DNA of 64,000 bases from a bacterium (GTDB lineage: Bacteria; UBA8248), in NCBI GenBank assembly GCA_965207065.1, contig OZ242260.1:896001-960000 (forward strand). Reading direction: 5' to 3'. The position numbers and the translations under genes were made by a program. How positions within the stretch are numbered: the stretch's first letter is position 1; each line of letters begins with the position of its first letter. Below are positions 60,924-64,000 of this stretch, in pieces. The notes beneath the pieces were generated by a model. The model searched no databases and was not told the origin of the DNA. It worked only from the letters and a program-made list of their open reading frames with translations.

Positions 60924-62588
60924 CTAATTCTTCACGGCGTCCTTGCGCCTGGGCTCGGGGAAGACGTCCTGATCGATAATCACGTCGACGACGGCGGGGC
61001 CATCTTCCTTGAGGGCCTGCGCGTAGACATCTTCGAGATCCTCAGGATCTTCCACCCGGTAGCCCGCGGCGCCGAAGACGCGCGCGTATTCGTCGAACCT
61101 GGGGTTGCCGATGGCGTCGGCGATGTAGCGCCCCTCATAGAAATGCTTCTGGTAGGCGCGCTCGGAGCCCAGGTTGAAGTTGTTCAGGATGACACAGACG
61201 GTCGGCAGGTTCTCGCGCATCGCGGTCTCGAGCTCCGCCCCGTTGCACAGGAAAGCGCCGTCGCCGCTGATGGTGACGACCTTCTGGTGCGGACGCGCCA
61301 GCTTGGCACCCAGCCCCAGGGGATAACCGATGCCGATGGCCGCCAGGTCCTGCGGGGCCACGAAACTCCTGGCCTTATCGAAGCGTTGATATTCATACAC
61401 ATAGCCCGCGGCGCTGCCCGCGTCGTTCGTAATGATGGTGTTCTCGGGCAGGACTCTCGCGAGAGCCATCTGCGCGCGCCTGGGGTCGATGGGCTTTCCG
61501 CCGTATTCCAGGGCCCGTTCGCGGTGTTTTTCCTGCGCGTCGCGCACCGCCGCGGCCTCTGCCCGCCACGCGGGGCGCTCAACCCCCTCGCCCAGCCCGC
61601 CGAGCACGGTCCGAAGCGCAAGTCCCGCCTCCGCGTTCATGCCCACCTCGGTGGCGAAGTTCCGGCCGATGTTGTGCGGGTCCACGGCCGCGTGGATGAG
61701 TTTGGCGCTCCCGAAGAAACCGGGCCGCAGGAACGTGGTCGAGTGCGCGAGCCTGGTGCCGACGGCGAACACGACGTCCGCCTTCTCGAAAAGCGCATGC
61801 GCCTCGGGGAGCGTTCCGCGTCCGATGGAACCCAGGAACAGGGGGTGTCCGTTCGGGACCACGTCGTCCCTGCCGGTGGAAGTCATGATGGGCGCGTCGA
61901 GCGCTTCGGCCAGCGCTATCAGCTCGCCGCTCGCCTCATCCCAGAGCACGCCGCCGCCTCCGATGAGCAGGGGCCGCTCGGCGGATTTAAGCAGCGCCGC
62001 CGCCCGCGCGACCGCCTCGGGGTCGGGGGCGAGCCGCGCCCGCACCTGATGCGCCGGAGCGCCGTTCTCGGAATACTCCGCCGTCTCGTTCAGCACGTCG
62101 CGCGGCAGGTCGACGTGCACGGGGCCGGGTACGCCGGAGGTCGCCACGTGATACGCCTCGTTGATGACGTCGAAGGCGCGCTCGGGTTTTCTCACCTGAA
62201 CCGACCACTTCACCATGGGAGCGAACATGGCGATCTGGTCGAGTTCCTGGGTGGACTCGCGAAAGGTGTCCTTCATCATGGGGGCGCCGGTGATGACCAG
62301 CACCGGGCTTTGCGCCATCATCGAATGCGCCACGCCGGTGACGAGGTTCGTGGCGCCCGGGCCGTTGGTCGCCATGCACACGCCTACCTCTCCCGTGAGC
62401 CGCGCATAGGCGTCCGCCATCAGGGCGGCGCTTTGCTCGTGGCGCACCGTGAGGAATGAAATGTCGTCCCGGCCGTACATGCCGTCCAATATCTCGATCA
62501 TGCACGAACCCGCCATGCCGATTACGTGCCTCACCCCCAGTTTCGCGAGCGCATCCGCCACCGCGTGTCCAGCCGTCATGCTCACCAT
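60924..62588 (-). CDS. Thiamine pyrophosphate-dependent enzyme (acetolactate synthase/Xsc-like)
   Basis: RHEQSA, GPGATN, GPVHVDLP, GDGA...NN. Confidence 0.9.
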   Translation of the reverse strand: MVSMTAGHAVADALAKLGVRHVIGMAGSCMIEILDGMYGRDDISFLTVRHEQSAALMADAYARLTGEVGVCMATNGPGATNLVTGVAHSMMAQSPVLVITGAPMMKDTFRESTQELDQIAMFAPMVKWSVQVRKPERAFDVINEAYHVATSGVPGPVHVDLPRDVLNETAEYSENGAPAHQVRARLAPDPEAVARAAALLKSAERPLLIGGGGVLWDEASGELIALAEALDAPIMTSTGRDDVVPNGHPLFLGSIGRGTLPEAHALFEKADVVFAVGTRLAHSTTFLRPGFFGSAKLIHAAVDPHNIGRNFATEVGMNAEAGLALRTVLGGLGEGVERPAWRAEAAAVRDAQEKHRERALEYGGKPIDPRRAQMALARVLPENTIITNDAGSAAGYVYEYQRFDKARSFVAPQDLAAIGIGYPLGLGAKLARPHQKVVTISGDGAFLCNGAELETAMRENLPTVCVILNNFNLGSERAYQKHFYEGRYIADAIGNPRFDEYARVFGAAGYRVEDPEDLEDVYAQALKEDGPAVVDVIIDQDVFPEPRRKDAVKN

Positions 62589-62711
62589 CAGTCCGTTCTC
62601 CTTGAAAACAACAAAATATTACCAGCAGGCGCGACCCCCCGCGCTTCATTTTTGGATGAATTTTGTCCGCAGAGATTAGGCCCGCGCGCGCGATTCGTCA
62701 AAGGCCTCAGG

Positions 62712-63440
62712 CTATCCGACGTTTCCTTTTGAGTGTATCGCGTTGGCGATGAGGTTCACCGCGTGGTCCGCGTTCGCCTCGGGCCTGGCCGTCTCGGCGA
62801 AACGGTAGAAACTCTTGGTGGGCTTGAGCGAATCCCCACCCAGAGCGCACAACTCCGCGCACAGGCGCTCGGCTTGTTCATCCAGGTCTGAATCCGCGAC
62901 CACGTGATTCACCATGCCGACCCGCCTGCCCTCTTCGGCGTCTATCTCCCGGCCCGTGATAACCATCTCGAAGCCGTGGCGCCTGTCCAGCTTTCTCGCC
63001 AGGTGGCTGATGACCACCGTGGGAGGAAAGCCCTCCTTGATCTCGGGAAATGCGATCCGCGCGGTGCCTGAAGCCAGCACGATGTCCGCACGGCTGATGA
63101 GCCCTGCACCCGGCCCAAAGGCGCGGCCTCTCAATGCCGCCACCGTCACGGCGGGAGAGAACTCCAGGGCGTCGTTCATCTTCACGATTGCCCGGAAGCG
63201 CTCTCTTATGGCGTTCACGGGCGGCAGCCCGGCGCCGCCGCGCACGCTCTCCCTGCCTGCGCAAAAATCCGCGCCCTCCCCGCTCAGCAGAACGACGTCG
63301 CACTCCTCACCCGCCTGAAGCAATGCTTCGGTGAGTTCTCCTATCATCTCGAAAGTGAGGCGGTTCGCCTCTGAGGCGCGAGCGAGCGTGACGCGGCCCA
63401 GAGCGTTTTCCTTCTCATACCGAACAGACGGCATTTTCAT
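62712..63440 (-). CDS. Enoyl-CoA hydratase/isomerase family protein
   Basis: DFCAG, AFGPG, FPEIKEG, ITGREIDAEE. Confidence 0.85.
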   Translation of the reverse strand: MKMPSVRYEKENALGRVTLARASEANRLTFEMIGELTEALLQAGEECDVVLLSGEGADFCAGRESVRGGAGLPPVNAIRERFRAIVKMNDALEFSPAVTVAALRGRAFGPGAGLISRADIVLASGTARIAFPEIKEGFPPTVVISHLARKLDRRHGFEMVITGREIDAEEGRRVGMVNHVVADSDLDEQAERLCAELCALGGDSLKPTKSFYRFAETARPEANADHAVNLIANAIHSKGNVG

Positions 63441-63625
63441 CCCCTCCACGGAACAGAAGCCGGACGATTCCCCCAATATATTCGTACACCCTGAAATTTC
63501 CGGGATTATCGCCCGAAATCTTCCGAAAAGTAAAAACGAAAAAGGGCTTGCAAAATTATTCGTAATTTGTTTGTATTAGAAATGTTTTATTTTCGTAAAA
63601 TATATGTCATGAGGGCCCGGTTGCC

Positions 63626-64000
63626 GTGAGCGCCCTTGTTCATCAAAACGGGGCCGTCCATGTAGCGCGGGTGGAGAGCATCGCCACGGGCGGGGCGGGC
63701 GTCGCCCGTCTGGATGGCCGCGCCGTATTCATTCCCAAAACGGCCCCCGGAGACGCCGTCCGCTTCCGCGTCGTCAAGGAGAAGGGGAAGTACCTGATCG
63801 GCGAACTCGCGGAAATCATCCAGGCGGGGCCGGAACGAACCGCGCCTCCATGCGTCCACTGGAGCGACTGCGGGGGATGCGCCCTGCAGCACATCACACC
63901 CCAGGCCCAGCTGGAGGCCAAGAAACGAATCTTTATCGACGCACTCGCCCGCATCGGCAAGATCGACCTGGGCGTTCCCGTACAAACCATCGCGCTCCCC
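63626..64000 (+). CDS. rlmD: 23S rRNA (uracil-C5) methyltransferase RlmD-like, 5' part (runs off window)
   Basis: TRAM domain VESIATGGAGVARLDGRAVF...PGD and CVHWSDCGGCALQH Fe-S motif; absent from the ORF track because it has no stop in the window. Confidence 0.85.
   Translation, partial: MSALVHQNGAVHVARVESIATGGAGVARLDGRAVFIPKTAPGDAVRFRVVKEKGKYLIGELAEIIQAGPERTAPPCVHWSDCGGCALQHITPQAQLEAKKRIFIDALARIGKIDLGVPVQTIALP

Overview
GC-rich bacterial chromosome segment. An approximately 41-kb accessory island (about 2.2-43.5 kb) lies between an amidohydrolase gene and an ordinary metabolic/housekeeping block (43.8-64 kb). The island looks like a decaying integrative mobilizable element. It has two tandem tyrosine integrases, an HU/IHF-like gene, and a MOBF (TrwC-like) relaxase-helicase split at its Walker A motif by a RIT element with 91-bp perfect inverted repeats. 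It also has a leading-region-like set (Zn-finger repeat protein, ssb, DUF4326, DUF2493-like) and an RHH gene split by an antisense group II intron. Cargo includes an NYN nuclease preceded by a promoter, two hairpins and a terminator-like U-tract, a solitary CRISPR repeat, a Sel1-repeat protein, and nested IS21/serine-recombinase remnants. A 71-repeat type I-E CRISPR array has newest spacers of irregular length and sits beside a complete cas3-cse1-cse2-cas7-cas5-cas6e-cas1-cas2 operon and a divergent DEDDh exonuclease. The best candidate for an undescribed system is the solitary repeat / structured RNA / NYN nuclease locus at 20.5-21.7 kb. All calls come from reading the sequence and recognising motifs by eye; no searches were run.
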